This document shows positions 17,641-27,657 of a stretch of DNA of 64,000 nucleotides, piece by piece. Position 1 is the stretch's first letter; every line of letters starts with the position of its first letter. The DNA lies in contig JAYKHS010000028.1 in assembly GCA_035285865.1 (NCBI GenBank), positions 151,938 through 215,937 of the forward strand, written 5' to 3'. The translations under genes were made by a program, and so were the position numbers. Source of the stretch: Candidatus Sericytochromatia bacterium (GTDB lineage Bacteria; Cyanobacteriota; Sericytochromatia; S15B-MN24; VGJW01). The notes under the pieces were generated by a model. That model saw only the letters and a list, made by a program, of their open reading frames with translations. It did no database searches and was not told where the DNA came from.

Positions 17641-18828
17641 ATGGCGCGCAAGCGGGTGATGGTCCTCTACGAGACGGCCGGTGGCGGCCATCTGGCCAAT
17701 GCACGGGCCATCCACGCAGCGATGGCCGAACGGCATCCCCACGTCGATGTCGAACTGGTGCACCTTGCCGACGAGCTGGGCAGTCAGCGCATTCGCGCGG
17801 TCTTCTCCAGCTACAACGCGCTTCTCAAGAGCGATCCCCGGCTCGTCAAGGTCGGGCTCAAGGTCATGAATCGGCTGGACATCGAGCCCCTGATCTACCG
17901 GGTATTCGCCAAGGCGCGGCGGAACCTGCAGGAGAGCATCCGGCGCCATCGGCCCGACCTCATCGTCAGCGTCTTCGGCGTGGGCAATACGGCCACCCCG
18001 ATGGCCCTCGAACATGTCGGCTGGCGTCATCGCGTGCCTTTTCTGGTGTTCTGCACCGACATGACGACTGACTTCCTGCGGGGTTGGGTCAGCGAGGAGG
18101 CCGACGGCATGATCGCCCTGACGCCGGATGCTGCCGGCCAACTCGTGGCCTACGGCTACCCTGCGGAGCGTATCCTCACGCTGCCGGGCTTGCCGGTCCA
18201 TCCGGCCTTCATCCGGCAGGATGGCGACCAGGCCGCGTCACGCTCCGAGTTCGGCCTCGCACCGGACAAGTTCACGGTCCTGGTCACGATGGGCGGCGTG
18301 GCGGTCCGCAATGCCTGGCGGGTCAGTCGCGCCCTCGCCGCATCCGATCTTCCCGTGCAGGTCGTGGTCGCCTGCGGCCGCAACGGCATCCTCGAGCGCA
18401 AGGTGCGCCGCCTGGCCGAGAAGTCGGGCCCGACGATCAGGGTCCTGGGGCATACCGACCGGATGGCCTCCCTGATGCGCGCTGCCGACCTCATCGTCGC
18501 CAAGCCGGGTCCCGGCACCATCGCCGAGGCCATCCAGATGGCCCGCCCCCTGTTGATCGATGCGACCCGCGAGGCGATGCCGCAGGAGAAGGGCAATCTC
18601 GAGTATCTGATCGCACGGGGCCTGTGCGAACCCATCCTGGACATGGACGCCCTGCCCAAGATGATCCGGCGTCACATCGACGATCCCGGCCTGCATGCCA
18701 AGGCCGTCGCGCGCATGACCGAGGCCCGACAGCCCGAAGCCGTCGCACAGTTGGTGGACTGGATTGCGGCGCGTATTCCCGAGCGGGGGCCGACCCGACC
18801 GCTCGATCCGGCCGTGGTCGAAGGTTAG
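17641..18828 (+). CDS. MGDG synthase/UgtP-like GT28 glycosyltransferase
   Basis: AGGGH, CTD, G-PVHP-F, VLVTMGG, CGRN, MRAADL-VAKPGPGTIAEA and QEKGN. Confidence 0.85.
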   Translation: MARKRVMVLYETAGGGHLANARAIHAAMAERHPHVDVELVHLADELGSQRIRAVFSSYNALLKSDPRLVKVGLKVMNRLDIEPLIYRVFAKARRNLQESIRRHRPDLIVSVFGVGNTATPMALEHVGWRHRVPFLVFCTDMTTDFLRGWVSEEADGMIALTPDAAGQLVAYGYPAERILTLPGLPVHPAFIRQDGDQAASRSEFGLAPDKFTVLVTMGGVAVRNAWRVSRALAASDLPVQVVVACGRNGILERKVRRLAEKSGPTIRVLGHTDRMASLMRAADLIVAKPGPGTIAEAIQMARPLLIDATREAMPQEKGNLEYLIARGLCEPILDMDALPKMIRRHIDDPGLHAKAVARMTEARQPEAVAQLVDWIAARIPERGPTRPLDPAVVEG

Positions 18829-18915
18829 GCGCTGCTGCGTCGTGGCGTTACCCTTCACCCGGCGGTGGTATGTTGGCCCCGTGTCGCTGCAATTGCCACG
18901 GGGGAGGGCCGGTCG

Positions 18916-19788
18916 ATGATTGCGACCGGTGACCTGTCCGGTTTTTCGCTTCCTGACCTGATCCAGATCATGGCGCTCGAGGAAGTCACGGGAGTCCTCC
19001 ATCTCGAGGGCCCCCGCCGTCGGGCGCGGCTGGCCGTCGAGCAGGGGCGCATCGTGGCTGCGGCCTGTGGGCCCAAGGTTGGCGAGGATGCGGTGTATGC
19101 GCTGTTCCTTTGGGACGAGGCAACGTTCCGTTGGTCCGAGGGCGAGCCGCCTTCCGATGTGCCGCCTGTGACGACCGACCTCGTGGATCTGGCGCGGGAA
19201 GGCCTGCGTCGTCGGGACGCCTGGCGTGCGGCCGAGGCGGCATTGCCAAGCCTCGATGCCACCTACTGCGTGCGTCCGGGAGCGGATACGGGTGACGAGC
19301 GCCTGACGGCCGCCTTGCGCGAGCCCGTCACGATCGGGGCCCTCGGGCGCCTTCTGGGTTGCAGTCCTGCCGAAGCTGCCGAGCATCTGGTCCGGCTCTG
19401 GGAAGCCGGCTGTCTCGACGCCACTCTGCCGGAGCAGGAGGTCGCGTGGGCCGCGTTGCTCAAGGTCCTGACCGGTGTCCGCAGGAGGTTCTCCGAGATT
19501 TCCGGGTTGCGCATGACCGAGGCCTTCGAGCAACAGATCGTGGCTTTGGCCGACGAAGCCGGGGTGGACGTGCGCTGGGCGGATGGGGTTCTTGAAGTCG
19601 CCGATCCCCCTGCCGAGGCTACCGCCGAATCGGCGGTCCAGGTCCTGGGCGCCGTGGCGGACGAGGCCTCTCGCCTTCATGGCCAAGGCCCCATCATCCG
19701 GTGGTGTCGCCAGGAGGTGGCGCTTCTCGACGAGCCCGGTCGGTTGCTGCTGCAGGGTCGCTGGCCCCTCGTGGCGCAGGGTGCCTGA
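18916..19788 (+). CDS. DUF4388 (PATAN-like) domain protein
   Basis: [18 protein letters not shown] and [17 protein letters not shown], followed by a winged-helix-like segment. Confidence 0.75.
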   Translation: MIATGDLSGFSLPDLIQIMALEEVTGVLHLEGPRRRARLAVEQGRIVAAACGPKVGEDAVYALFLWDEATFRWSEGEPPSDVPPVTTDLVDLAREGLRRRDAWRAAEAALPSLDATYCVRPGADTGDERLTAALREPVTIGALGRLLGCSPAEAAEHLVRLWEAGCLDATLPEQEVAWAALLKVLTGVRRRFSEISGLRMTEAFEQQIVALADEAGVDVRWADGVLEVADPPAEATAESAVQVLGAVADEASRLHGQGPIIRWCRQEVALLDEPGRLLLQGRWPLVAQGA

Positions 19789-19803
19789 CGGAGGTCTGCA
19801 GGG

Positions 19804-20280
19804 GTGCAACGTCATGGTGGCCATCTGGTCCTTACCGAGGAAGGGCTGCGAACGCTCAATGCGTCCCTCGGCGACCTCGTGGCGGAGTCCGGGGCGCGGG
19901 CCGTGCTGCTCGTGGGCGGTGCAGGCCAGTTGATCTCGGCGCAAGGCGAGACCCAGCACCTCGACACCATGTCCCTCGCGGCGCTCGCGTCGGGTTCCTT
20001 CGGGTCGAACAAGGCCATCGCCGGCCTAGTCGGCGAGTCGGGCTTCCGCCGGATGTTCCAGCAGGGTCGGCAGTCCAGCCTCTACATGGCTCTGGTCGGC
20101 GGAGCCGACATGCTGGCGGTGGTCTTCCCCAACGACATCACGATGGGCAAGATCAAGTTCCAGGTCGAGCAGGCGATGCCTGCCATCGAGGAGGCGCTCG
20201 GCGCCATGTACAAGGCTTCCCCCACCAACCCCTTCAGGTCTGCTCCCCAGGCAGCCCCGAAGATCCAGGATCTCTTCTAG
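19804..20280 (+). CDS. mglB: Roadblock/LC7 protein MglB (GAP of MglA)
   Basis: [25 protein letters not shown] and IQDLF C-terminus; directly upstream of mglA. Confidence 0.85.
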   Translation: MQRHGGHLVLTEEGLRTLNASLGDLVAESGARAVLLVGGAGQLISAQGETQHLDTMSLAALASGSFGSNKAIAGLVGESGFRRMFQQGRQSSLYMALVGGADMLAVVFPNDITMGKIKFQVEQAMPAIEEALGAMYKASPTNPFRSAPQAAPKIQDLF

Positions 20281-20291
20281 GAGCGACGCAC

Positions 20292-20870
20292 GTGGCCCTC
20301 ATCAACTATGCGAGCCGTGAGATCAACTGCAAGCTGGTCTACTACGGGACCGGCCTCGGCGGGAAGACGACGAACCTCGAGTACATCTTCAAGCAGCTCG
20401 CGCCTGGCATCCGCGGCGAGATGATCAGCTTGGCCACGGAGACCGAGCGGACCCTGTTCTTCGACTTCCTGCCGCTGGACCTGGGATCCGTGCAGGGTTT
20501 CAAGACCAAGTTCAGCCTCTACACGGTGCCCGGGCAGGTCGAGTACAACGCGTCACGCAAGCTGATCCTGAATGGGGTGGATGGCATCGTGTTCGTCGCC
20601 GACTCTCAGGTGGAGAAGATGGGCGAGAACATCGAATCGCTGCGCAACATGGAGGAGAATCTCGCGGAGTACGGGCTCACGCTCGATAGCGTGCCCTTCG
20701 TCTTGCAGTACAACAAGCGCGACATGCCCAATGTCAGCAGCTTCGAGGAGTTGGAAGCCGCGCTGAACCAGCGGGGCGTGCCTTCCTTCGAGGCGGTCGC
20801 GGTCGAGGGTTCGGGCGTCTTCGCGACGCTCAAGGCCATTTCCAAGTCCGTCCTGAACAGGCTCTCCTGA
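20292..20870 (+). CDS. mglA: Ras-like GTPase MglA
   Basis: [46 protein letters not shown] and QYNKRD. Confidence 0.95.
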   Translation: MALINYASREINCKLVYYGTGLGGKTTNLEYIFKQLAPGIRGEMISLATETERTLFFDFLPLDLGSVQGFKTKFSLYTVPGQVEYNASRKLILNGVDGIVFVADSQVEKMGENIESLRNMEENLAEYGLTLDSVPFVLQYNKRDMPNVSSFEELEAALNQRGVPSFEAVAVEGSGVFATLKAISKSVLNRLS

Positions 20871-20939
20871 CGTCCGCGAGAAGAGTGGCGTGGTGCTGCC
20901 CGGCCTAGGCAGCGAGGTCCTCGTGGCGACCATGGGGGC

Positions 20940-21593
20940 ATGGGGCGACAACGGGCTGCGTGCTTCCTCGGCTTCGGCGTCATGGTTTTCGGGTTGACCC
21001 CGGCGTGTGCCGCGCTGGCACCCGGCGTGGACGACGTCTTGCCGATGCCGATGTCTCTGGCTTTCCGCATCGAGCCGGCAGCTGCGCCGTGGGGACAGGC
21101 CGGTGTCGATAGGAGCGTGGTGTTGCAACGCTGGTGGCCGACCGAACAGGTGCTGGCGACCGGGCGCCTTGCTGCTGGCCAGGATCGAGGCCTCCTGTCG
21201 CTGGTCATGCGGCCCGGAGGCGGGTTGCACGAGGCCGTGATCCGGGAGGATTCCGGCAAGGCCGTGTGGCTGGCCGTCGTGTCGCGGAGCGCTCACGGCG
21301 AGCCCCCGGCCCTGCGCTTCACGGTGCCTGGAACGGTGGTGGCCCTGGCGGCGCGATGGGCCGTCCGGCATGGCCGGGACCCGGGTAGCTGGGACCTGGC
21401 GGCGCGCACCCGCAGCAAGGCGGCCACGGACCTTGCGGTTCGCCTCTCCAAGGAGGTCCGTGGCGGGATCCTGCCCGAGGGGGCAACGGGCTGGCTGGAA
21501 CGCAAGGCCCTGTCGTGGGAGGTCCGCATCGCTCTGGACGATCTGGCCTCGGGCTCCAGGCCGCTCGCCACGCCCTCTCCGGCCGCCCGTTAA
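20940..21593 (+). CDS. Hypothetical secreted/lipoprotein
   Basis: Hydrophobic N-terminus ending TPAC; fills the space downstream of mglA. Confidence 0.45.
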   Translation: MGRQRAACFLGFGVMVFGLTPACAALAPGVDDVLPMPMSLAFRIEPAAAPWGQAGVDRSVVLQRWWPTEQVLATGRLAAGQDRGLLSLVMRPGGGLHEAVIREDSGKAVWLAVVSRSAHGEPPALRFTVPGTVVALAARWAVRHGRDPGSWDLAARTRSKAATDLAVRLSKEVRGGILPEGATGWLERKALSWEVRIALDDLASGSRPLATPSPAAR

Positions 21594-21689
21594 CCCAAAC
21601 TTTTACTTGGTTTGATGTCATCTTGGGGGTGGGGGCGTCAGTCCCGCCGGGGTGTGGCCGATAATCCATTCGTGAAGGAGATCAACCCC

Positions 21690-22286
21690 ATGCTGCGTGC
21701 CAAGACGCTCGAGGCCCTGACGGTCGTCGCCGTCCTGGGGTTGGTGGGCTGTGGTGGCCTCGACTCGGGTACCACCGTCTCCTACGGCAATACCTACGGT
21801 TCGGGTAGCACCTACGGGTCGGGCACAGGCTACGATCAGAGCTATCCGGCCACCGCGCCGGCAGCATATCCCACGCCTTACGTGGATCCTTACGGTTCCG
21901 CCTACCCCGGTGCTCCGTATGCCACGGATTCGCTGCTGCCGGTGGTGCCGACCCCGCAGCCATCTGTCGCGCCCACCACGAATCCCGTGCCCGCGGTGTC
22001 CCCGACGCCCTCGTTTCCCTCGGCCTACGGTTTGCGCATCCTGGACCTCAAGAAGAGCACCAGCGGAGTGCTGGTCTTCAAGCGTGCCAAGGTGGATCTG
22101 CAGCTCCATAATCCGCTCTTCGTGGCCACCCAGACGGGTCGTCTCCAGGTCAGCTGGTACCTCAAGGGCCAGGTGGTCGGGACGCCGCAGGACGTGCCCG
22201 TCCAGTTGGCTCCCGCAGAGATCCGGTCCTACTCCTTCAAGGCGGACATCCAGTCCGACGACGTAGTCGTCAAGCTCGCGCTGTAA
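21690..22286 (+). CDS. Lipoprotein with Tyr/Gly/Pro-rich linker and C-terminal beta domain
   Basis: AAGGAG RBS, lipobox LVGC, YGSGST repeats. Confidence 0.7.
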   Translation: MLRAKTLEALTVVAVLGLVGCGGLDSGTTVSYGNTYGSGSTYGSGTGYDQSYPATAPAAYPTPYVDPYGSAYPGAPYATDSLLPVVPTPQPSVAPTTNPVPAVSPTPSFPSAYGLRILDLKKSTSGVLVFKRAKVDLQLHNPLFVATQTGRLQVSWYLKGQVVGTPQDVPVQLAPAEIRSYSFKADIQSDDVVVKLAL

Positions 22287-22361
22287 CGGTCATCACCGAC
22301 AGCCCGTGATGGGCCTAACCAGCATGGCATGTTGCTTCATGCTCCATGTTGTGGAGGCGTC

Positions 22362-24332
22362 ATGGCCGAACGGTTTGCCGACTACGAGCTGATCACCCTG
22401 CTCGCCGAGAGCCTGACGGGTCGGGTCTGGCTTGCCCAGAAGGTCGACGACGACAACCTGCTCGTCGTCAAGGAGATGCTGCTGGAGCAGGAGGGCGCTC
22501 TGTCCGAGGCCGAGCAGACGGCCCGTTTCGAGCGTGAGATTCGTCTGCATTCGGTGCTGGATCATCCCAGCATCGTGAAGGCCATCGGTGGTGGTGTCTG
22601 GGAAGGACGCCATTATCTGGTGTGCCAGCATCAACCCGGCCTGACGCTGCACGCGCTGATCGAGCAGGGCCTGCCCGCCGTGCCCCAGGTTCTTGAGTGG
22701 GGCCTGCAACTCTGCTCGGCGCTTGAATATCTCTATGACCGGTTCCAGCTGGTCCACCGGGACATCAAGCCGGCCAATCTGATTGTCGACCCCAGCGGCC
22801 GAATCATGATGACGGACTTCGGGCTTGCCCGAATCGCACTCCATCCCGAGATCACCCAGACCAAGATGATGCTGGGCACGATTGCCTACATGTCCGCCGA
22901 GCAGTTGCTGGATCCCACGCTGGTCGACAACAGGGCCGATCTCTTCTCGGTAGGGGTGGTCCTCTACAAGTGCCTCACCGGTACCTTGCCCTTCCATGCC
23001 GATGACGTCGCGGGCATGGCCCATCGTCTCCTGTACGACGCGCCCACCGATCCCCGGGAGCATCGGCCGGATCTGCCCGAGAGTCTGGCACGCTTGCTGC
23101 TGCGCTGTCTTGCCAAGGACACCGAGTCCCGTTATGTATCCGCCCAGCAACTTGCCGCAGACCTGAAGGCCGAGCTGGCTCGCCCCGAGATTCACGTGGC
23201 CCATGCCGAAGACCTTATGGCGCGCGGTGCCTGGGCAGAGGCTGCCATTGCGTTGCAGCACGTTCTGACGCAAGACCCGACCAGGACTGCGGCGTGGTTC
23301 GATCTGGGGCAGGCCAAGATGGCTCAGGGGCAGGACAGTGCCGCGATCGATTGTTTCCTGAAGGTCGTCAGTGCCGAGCCTGCCCACGTCGGTGCCTATC
23401 GGCAACTGGGAGCCCTCTACCGGAGGCGTGACGACGCGCGCTCCCTCGAGGCCGCTTCGCGCATGCTGGAGCGTGCGTGGACCCTGGAACCGACGGATCT
23501 CGCGACCTGCCTCGAGTTGTTGGCGGCACGTGCCAGTGCCGGTCGTCATGCCGAGGCGCTGGAGCTTGCGGAGATCGTGCTTGCGCGCCATCCCGACGAG
23601 GATCGAGCGCAGATGGAGCGCGGACGCATCCTCGCGCGGATGGGGGACAGGGATGGTGCCATCGGGGCCTTCCGTGCCGTGCTTTCCACTTCTCCCCGTC
23701 ATCCTGAGGCCCGCTACATCCTGGGCACGCTCTACCTTCAGGCGCGTCACTGGGCCGAGGCCGAGCGTCTGCTGCTCGCAGCCCTCGATCATGAGGCCAC
23801 GCGCGAAGGTGCCATGCAGAACCTTGCCGTCGTCTACCTTGAGGAGGGTCGTCCGGGCGATGCCGAGGCTGTTCTCGAGGAACTGCTGGCCATCCGACAG
23901 ACGGCTGCAGCCTGGTCGCTGCTTGGCATGGCGCGCATGGCCCGTCATCAGTCGCTCGAGGCCATCGAGCCCTTCACCCGCGCTTTCGCGCTGGGTGGCG
24001 ACTGCCAGCATGCCCTTCAGCTTTCCGATGCCCTCGTGGCCTCGTATCGGTTCCGTGAGGCCCTGCAGGTGCTGCGGGACCTCGTGCCGCTCGTCCCTGC
24101 CGAAGAACTGGCGCCGCTCTGGTTGCGCATCGCCCAGTTGGAGACGTCCTCGGGTCAGCGTGCGGAGGCGATTGCCAGCCTGACACGCTGCATCGAGGCT
24201 GGTGCGACCGGCTTGGTGCGCCTCGAGGCGGACAATCGCCTGAAGGCGTTGCAGCCGTCGCGCAGTCCTCGGGTGGTGGCGTCCGCCGGTGTGGCGCGGA
24301 TGATCGAGCGCGCCCTGCCCTGGGCCAGGTAG
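22362..24332 (+). CDS. Hanks-type Ser/Thr kinase with C-terminal TPR array
   Basis: VVKE, RFERE, HRDIKPAN, DFGLAR, GT-AYMSAEQ and DLFSVG, followed by multiple TPRs. GGAGG RBS. Confidence 0.9.
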   Translation: MAERFADYELITLLAESLTGRVWLAQKVDDDNLLVVKEMLLEQEGALSEAEQTARFEREIRLHSVLDHPSIVKAIGGGVWEGRHYLVCQHQPGLTLHALIEQGLPAVPQVLEWGLQLCSALEYLYDRFQLVHRDIKPANLIVDPSGRIMMTDFGLARIALHPEITQTKMMLGTIAYMSAEQLLDPTLVDNRADLFSVGVVLYKCLTGTLPFHADDVAGMAHRLLYDAPTDPREHRPDLPESLARLLLRCLAKDTESRYVSAQQLAADLKAELARPEIHVAHAEDLMARGAWAEAAIALQHVLTQDPTRTAAWFDLGQAKMAQGQDSAAIDCFLKVVSAEPAHVGAYRQLGALYRRRDDARSLEAASRMLERAWTLEPTDLATCLELLAARASAGRHAEALELAEIVLARHPDEDRAQMERGRILARMGDRDGAIGAFRAVLSTSPRHPEARYILGTLYLQARHWAEAERLLLAALDHEATREGAMQNLAVVYLEEGRPGDAEAVLEELLAIRQTAAAWSLLGMARMARHQSLEAIEPFTRAFALGGDCQHALQLSDALVASYRFREALQVLRDLVPLVPAEELAPLWLRIAQLETSSGQRAEAIASLTRCIEAGATGLVRLEADNRLKALQPSRSPRVVASAGVARMIERALPWAR

Positions 24333-24361
24333 GTCGCCCACACTGGCCAGGGACGGCGCTA

Positions 24362-24433
24362 TGGAAGCGCTCGGATTCGAACCGAGGTTGGACCCGTTAT
24401 GAGCAGGTAGTCTTACCGCTAGACGACGCTTCC
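24362..24433 (-). tRNA. tRNA with CAT anticodon (elongator Met or Ile2); CCA not encoded
   Basis: Folds as acceptor GGAAGCG/CGCTTCC, D-stem GTCT/AGAC, anticodon arm ACCTG-CTCATAA-CGGGT, T-arm CTCGG-TTCGAAT-CCGAG and discriminator A. Confidence 0.9.
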
Positions 24434-24444
24434 CGAACGCCCCA

Positions 24445-25257
24445 TCATAGCGCAGCCTCAGGCCCGGCCGGAACATACATGTCCGGTCGTCTGTCCTGCC
24501 AGAGCGGCAGGTGCTTGCGCGAGGCCGCCACGATGTCCCGTGAGACCTCACCCCAGGCCAATCCGGCTTCCTGGGTACCGGCATCGTCCAGCCACGATCC
24601 GCGCGGGTCGACAAGGCCGCTGTGTCCGGCGTAGGGCACGTGGCCCGAGCCGACGCGGTTGGCGCATAGGACATAGACCTGGTTCTCGAGGGCACGCGCC
24701 GTCAGCAGAGTCCTGAACTGGTCTCCGCGGACGGCGGGCCACTGGGCCGGAACGAGCAGCAGACGGGCGCCCTGTCCTGCCAGAAGACGAGACCACTCCG
24801 GGAAGCGCAGGTCATAGCAGATGACCCCCCCCAACTCCCAGCCACCGACAGCGAACAGCCCGCCGGACTCGGCTTCCGCGAACCAGCGTCGTTCGCCTCC
24901 ACGGCCGAAAAGGTGCACCTTGTCCTGCGTGCCCAGAATATCGCCGGATGGTCCGAAGACCACGAGGCGGTTCAAGACCCCGCGTGCCGTTGCGATCGCC
25001 AGCGTACCGGCCACCGCAAGCCCCCCCTCGCGCGCCATGGCTGCCATCGGATGCCGGGGCAGATCGGCTTCGGCACTTGCCACGGGGGCACGCTTGTCCA
25101 GCGCGTAGCCTTCCTGCCAGAGCTCGGGAAGCAGCAGCAGGTCGAGCCCGAGCCCTCGGGCCTGGAAGACCGCCGACCACGCCGCAGCCAGGTTCAGGTC
25201 CCGATCCTCGTCCGAGAGCACCAATTGGGCGGCACCCACCCGCAGGACAGCGGTCAT
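24445..25257 (-). CDS. Carbon-nitrogen hydrolase (nitrilase superfamily, omega-amidase-like)
   Basis: Catalytic triad motifs LPELW, KVHLF and ICYDLRFPE; ARALENQ. Confidence 0.9.
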   Translation of the reverse strand: MTAVLRVGAAQLVLSDEDRDLNLAAAWSAVFQARGLGLDLLLLPELWQEGYALDKRAPVASAEADLPRHPMAAMAREGGLAVAGTLAIATARGVLNRLVVFGPSGDILGTQDKVHLFGRGGERRWFAEAESGGLFAVGGWELGGVICYDLRFPEWSRLLAGQGARLLLVPAQWPAVRGDQFRTLLTARALENQVYVLCANRVGSGHVPYAGHSGLVDPRGSWLDDAGTQEAGLAWGEVSRDIVAASRKHLPLWQDRRPDMYVPAGPEAAL

Positions 25258-26558
25258 CGGCTTCCTTCCCTCGAGAGCAAGGCCAGACGGATCGACCAGC
25301 CATCATCCTCCCGTCGCCCCCAACCGACGAGCCATTGCCGGTTGCCGACTGCCTTGAGCGCAAGTGGCTTCAGGTCTCCGGAATTGCCGTCAATCAGGAT
25401 CGGGGCGCTCGTTGCGTCACCATCCGGGCCGTGGAGACGGGCCATGAGGGCCTGATTCTCCCCGGATGGATGGGTGCGTTGGCTCCAGGCCACCAGCAGT
25501 CTTCCTCTCCCGTCGCTGCCGACACGGGTCATGTCGGGGCCGGCCATCGAGAGGTCCGTCCTCAGATCCGCGTGCCATCGTGGTCCCGGTTGGCCCAGGC
25601 GTCGCAGGTGCAGTTGCCGCCCGATGGGGTCGGACCCCTGCCATCCCGCCAGTGGCGGCTGGCTGCCGTCGACTCCGACCGGGCCGAGCAGCAGCTGGCC
25701 TTCGGCCAAGGGGACGGTGAGTGGCAGGGCCTGACTCTCCTGCCACGTCGCCGCGAGGATGCGTTCTGCCCGATCGGCTGTCACGCTGCGCCAGGCGGCC
25801 AGCCAGCGGTCGGGCAGGGCCAGCAGGATTGGCTGTTCGGGCGACTGCCCGGTGTGTGCCAGCCAACGCAGGCGGCCCGAGTCCGAGGCACCCCAGGAGC
25901 GTGCCACGAGCGCCACGCGCCGCTGGCCCAGACGTACGCGCCACAGTGCTCCCGTCCGTCCCCTGCCCAGAACGGCAGTGGTCAGCCTGTCGAGGGTTCC
26001 CGGACTGCGCTGCAGGATCCGGACCCTGCCCGGTCCGAGGGGCAACGCTTCCACGGTCCCCTCTCGTCCAGCCTGGCGGATTACCACCAGCCACGGCGAT
26101 TCCGCAGGGCCGGCAAACGCCAATTCACGCAGGCCATCCGGGGCGACGCCGACGGGTCCGGGTCGCTCGGTCCGCGGTAGGTCCGGCGGGAGCGGCGACG
26201 GTGTCGGCGACAGCGTCGGCGACAGCGTCGCTGCGGTGCTCGACGAGGCTTGGCCAACAGGGCTGGTTTCGCTCGTGGTCGGGGCAAGTTCCGGCATCGC
26301 CAGACGGGGCTGGGGTGTGGCGGGCGCAGCCTCCGGCAGGTCCGAAAGCCGGAGAAACGTGAGCCGAAGCGTGCCCCCATCCAACCACGCCGCGAGCGGT
26401 TGGACCGCGGGCAACAGGTCCAGTGCCGGTCGCTCCTGACCGACGGTCAGCGTGGCGGCAGCGATCACACCCAGCGGATCCGGACGCTGCACAGCGGCCA
26501 TGGCCGGATACACGCCTGCCGCGAGGGTGAGGGCAAGGACGCCGAGCCGGGGCACCAT
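25254..26558 (-). CDS. Secreted hypothetical protein
   Basis: Signal peptide (..YPAMA-A), Pro/Ser/Thr linker and a beta-rich C-terminus (LLVAW, WLVGW). ATGA overlap with the nitrilase gene. Confidence 0.5.
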   Translation of the reverse strand: MVPRLGVLALTLAAGVYPAMAAVQRPDPLGVIAAATLTVGQERPALDLLPAVQPLAAWLDGGTLRLTFLRLSDLPEAAPATPQPRLAMPELAPTTSETSPVGQASSSTAATLSPTLSPTPSPLPPDLPRTERPGPVGVAPDGLRELAFAGPAESPWLVVIRQAGREGTVEALPLGPGRVRILQRSPGTLDRLTTAVLGRGRTGALWRVRLGQRRVALVARSWGASDSGRLRWLAHTGQSPEQPILLALPDRWLAAWRSVTADRAERILAATWQESQALPLTVPLAEGQLLLGPVGVDGSQPPLAGWQGSDPIGRQLHLRRLGQPGPRWHADLRTDLSMAGPDMTRVGSDGRGRLLVAWSQRTHPSGENQALMARLHGPDGDATSAPILIDGNSGDLKPLALKAVGNRQWLVGWGRREDDGWSIRLALLSREGSR

Positions 26559-26610
26559 GCTGGCCACTCTAGCAGTTCCGGTACACTTGATCCCATCGAA
26601 GGAGTCACAG

Positions 26611-27648
26611 ATGACCACGGCCCTGCAACGTCGCGTGCCCGTACCCCCTGCAGCAGATGCCCCGGTACCCGTGCCCGTGCTGTTGTATGGTGTCGGCGCC
26701 ATCGGTGCCGGCGTGGCCCGTGCCATCCGGAGCTCCCGTGGCCTCGAACTCGTGGCGGCCGTGGATGCGGACCCGGCCAAGGTCGGCAGGGATATCGGCA
26801 CGTTGCTCGGCGAGGAGGCGTGGGGGGTCGTCGTTCGCGCCGACCTCGCGGATGTCGCCGGTGCCCGCGTGGCCGTCCACACAACCGGTTCGTTCCTGCC
26901 CGACGTCATGGCACAGGTCGAGGCCCTGGTGGGTGCAGGGCTGCACGTGGTGTCGAGCACGGAGGAGCTTGCCTGGCCGTGGCTGCGGCATCCCGGACTG
27001 TCGGCCGATCTCGATGGCGTGGCCCGCAAGGCCGGATGTACCGTCGTCGGGACGGGCGTGAATCCGGGCTTCGTGATGGACGTGCTGCCCCTTGTGGCCA
27101 CCCACGCCGTACGGGATGTCCGGCGCGTGGTCATCCGGCGCAGGGTCGACACGGCGCTCAGGCGTCGCAACCTGCAGGCCAAGACTGGGGCCGGGATGAC
27201 CGTGGAGGGCTTCGGGAGCGAGATGGCAGCGGGGCGCATGGGCCACATCGGTCTTGCGGAGTCCCTTGCCATGGTGGCGGCGGGCCTTGGATGGCCGGTC
27301 GGTGATATCCATGAGGAGCTCGCGCCCATCGTCTCCGAATCCGGAACGCGGTCGCGTGAACTGGAAGTCCATCCGGGCCATGTCGCCGGCCTCAGACAGA
27401 CGATGGAGGCACGGACGGAAGACGGTCGGACGGTGGCCTTGGAGCTGGTGATGGAATTGGCTGGCGGGCAGGATGCAGACGAGGTCGTGCTCGAGTCCGA
27501 CCCGCCGATCCGTCTCAAGGTGGAGGGCGGCGTGTCGGGAGACAAGGCGACCGTGGCCACGCTCGTCAATACAGTTGGTCGCGTGCTGGATGCGCCGCGG
27601 GGCCTCCGCTCCGCGCTGGACCTGCCGTTGCCCCGCGTCACGGGTTGA
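26611..27648 (+). CDS. Dihydrodipicolinate reductase-like / 2,4-diaminopentanoate dehydrogenase family oxidoreductase
   Basis: Rossmann YGVGAIG, VVSSTEEL-WP, GTGVNPGFVMD, GHIGL-ES and GGVSGD-AT. Confidence 0.8.
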   Translation: MTTALQRRVPVPPAADAPVPVPVLLYGVGAIGAGVARAIRSSRGLELVAAVDADPAKVGRDIGTLLGEEAWGVVVRADLADVAGARVAVHTTGSFLPDVMAQVEALVGAGLHVVSSTEELAWPWLRHPGLSADLDGVARKAGCTVVGTGVNPGFVMDVLPLVATHAVRDVRRVVIRRRVDTALRRRNLQAKTGAGMTVEGFGSEMAAGRMGHIGLAESLAMVAAGLGWPVGDIHEELAPIVSESGTRSRELEVHPGHVAGLRQTMEARTEDGRTVALELVMELAGGQDADEVVLESDPPIRLKVEGGVSGDKATVATLVNTVGRVLDAPRGLRSALDLPLPRVTG

Positions 27649-27657
27649 GGATTCGGC

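Noticed and set aside
24332..24445. tRNA as a genomic-island integration site
   Set aside because: No integrase nearby, and no duplicated tRNA 3' end was noticed in the window.
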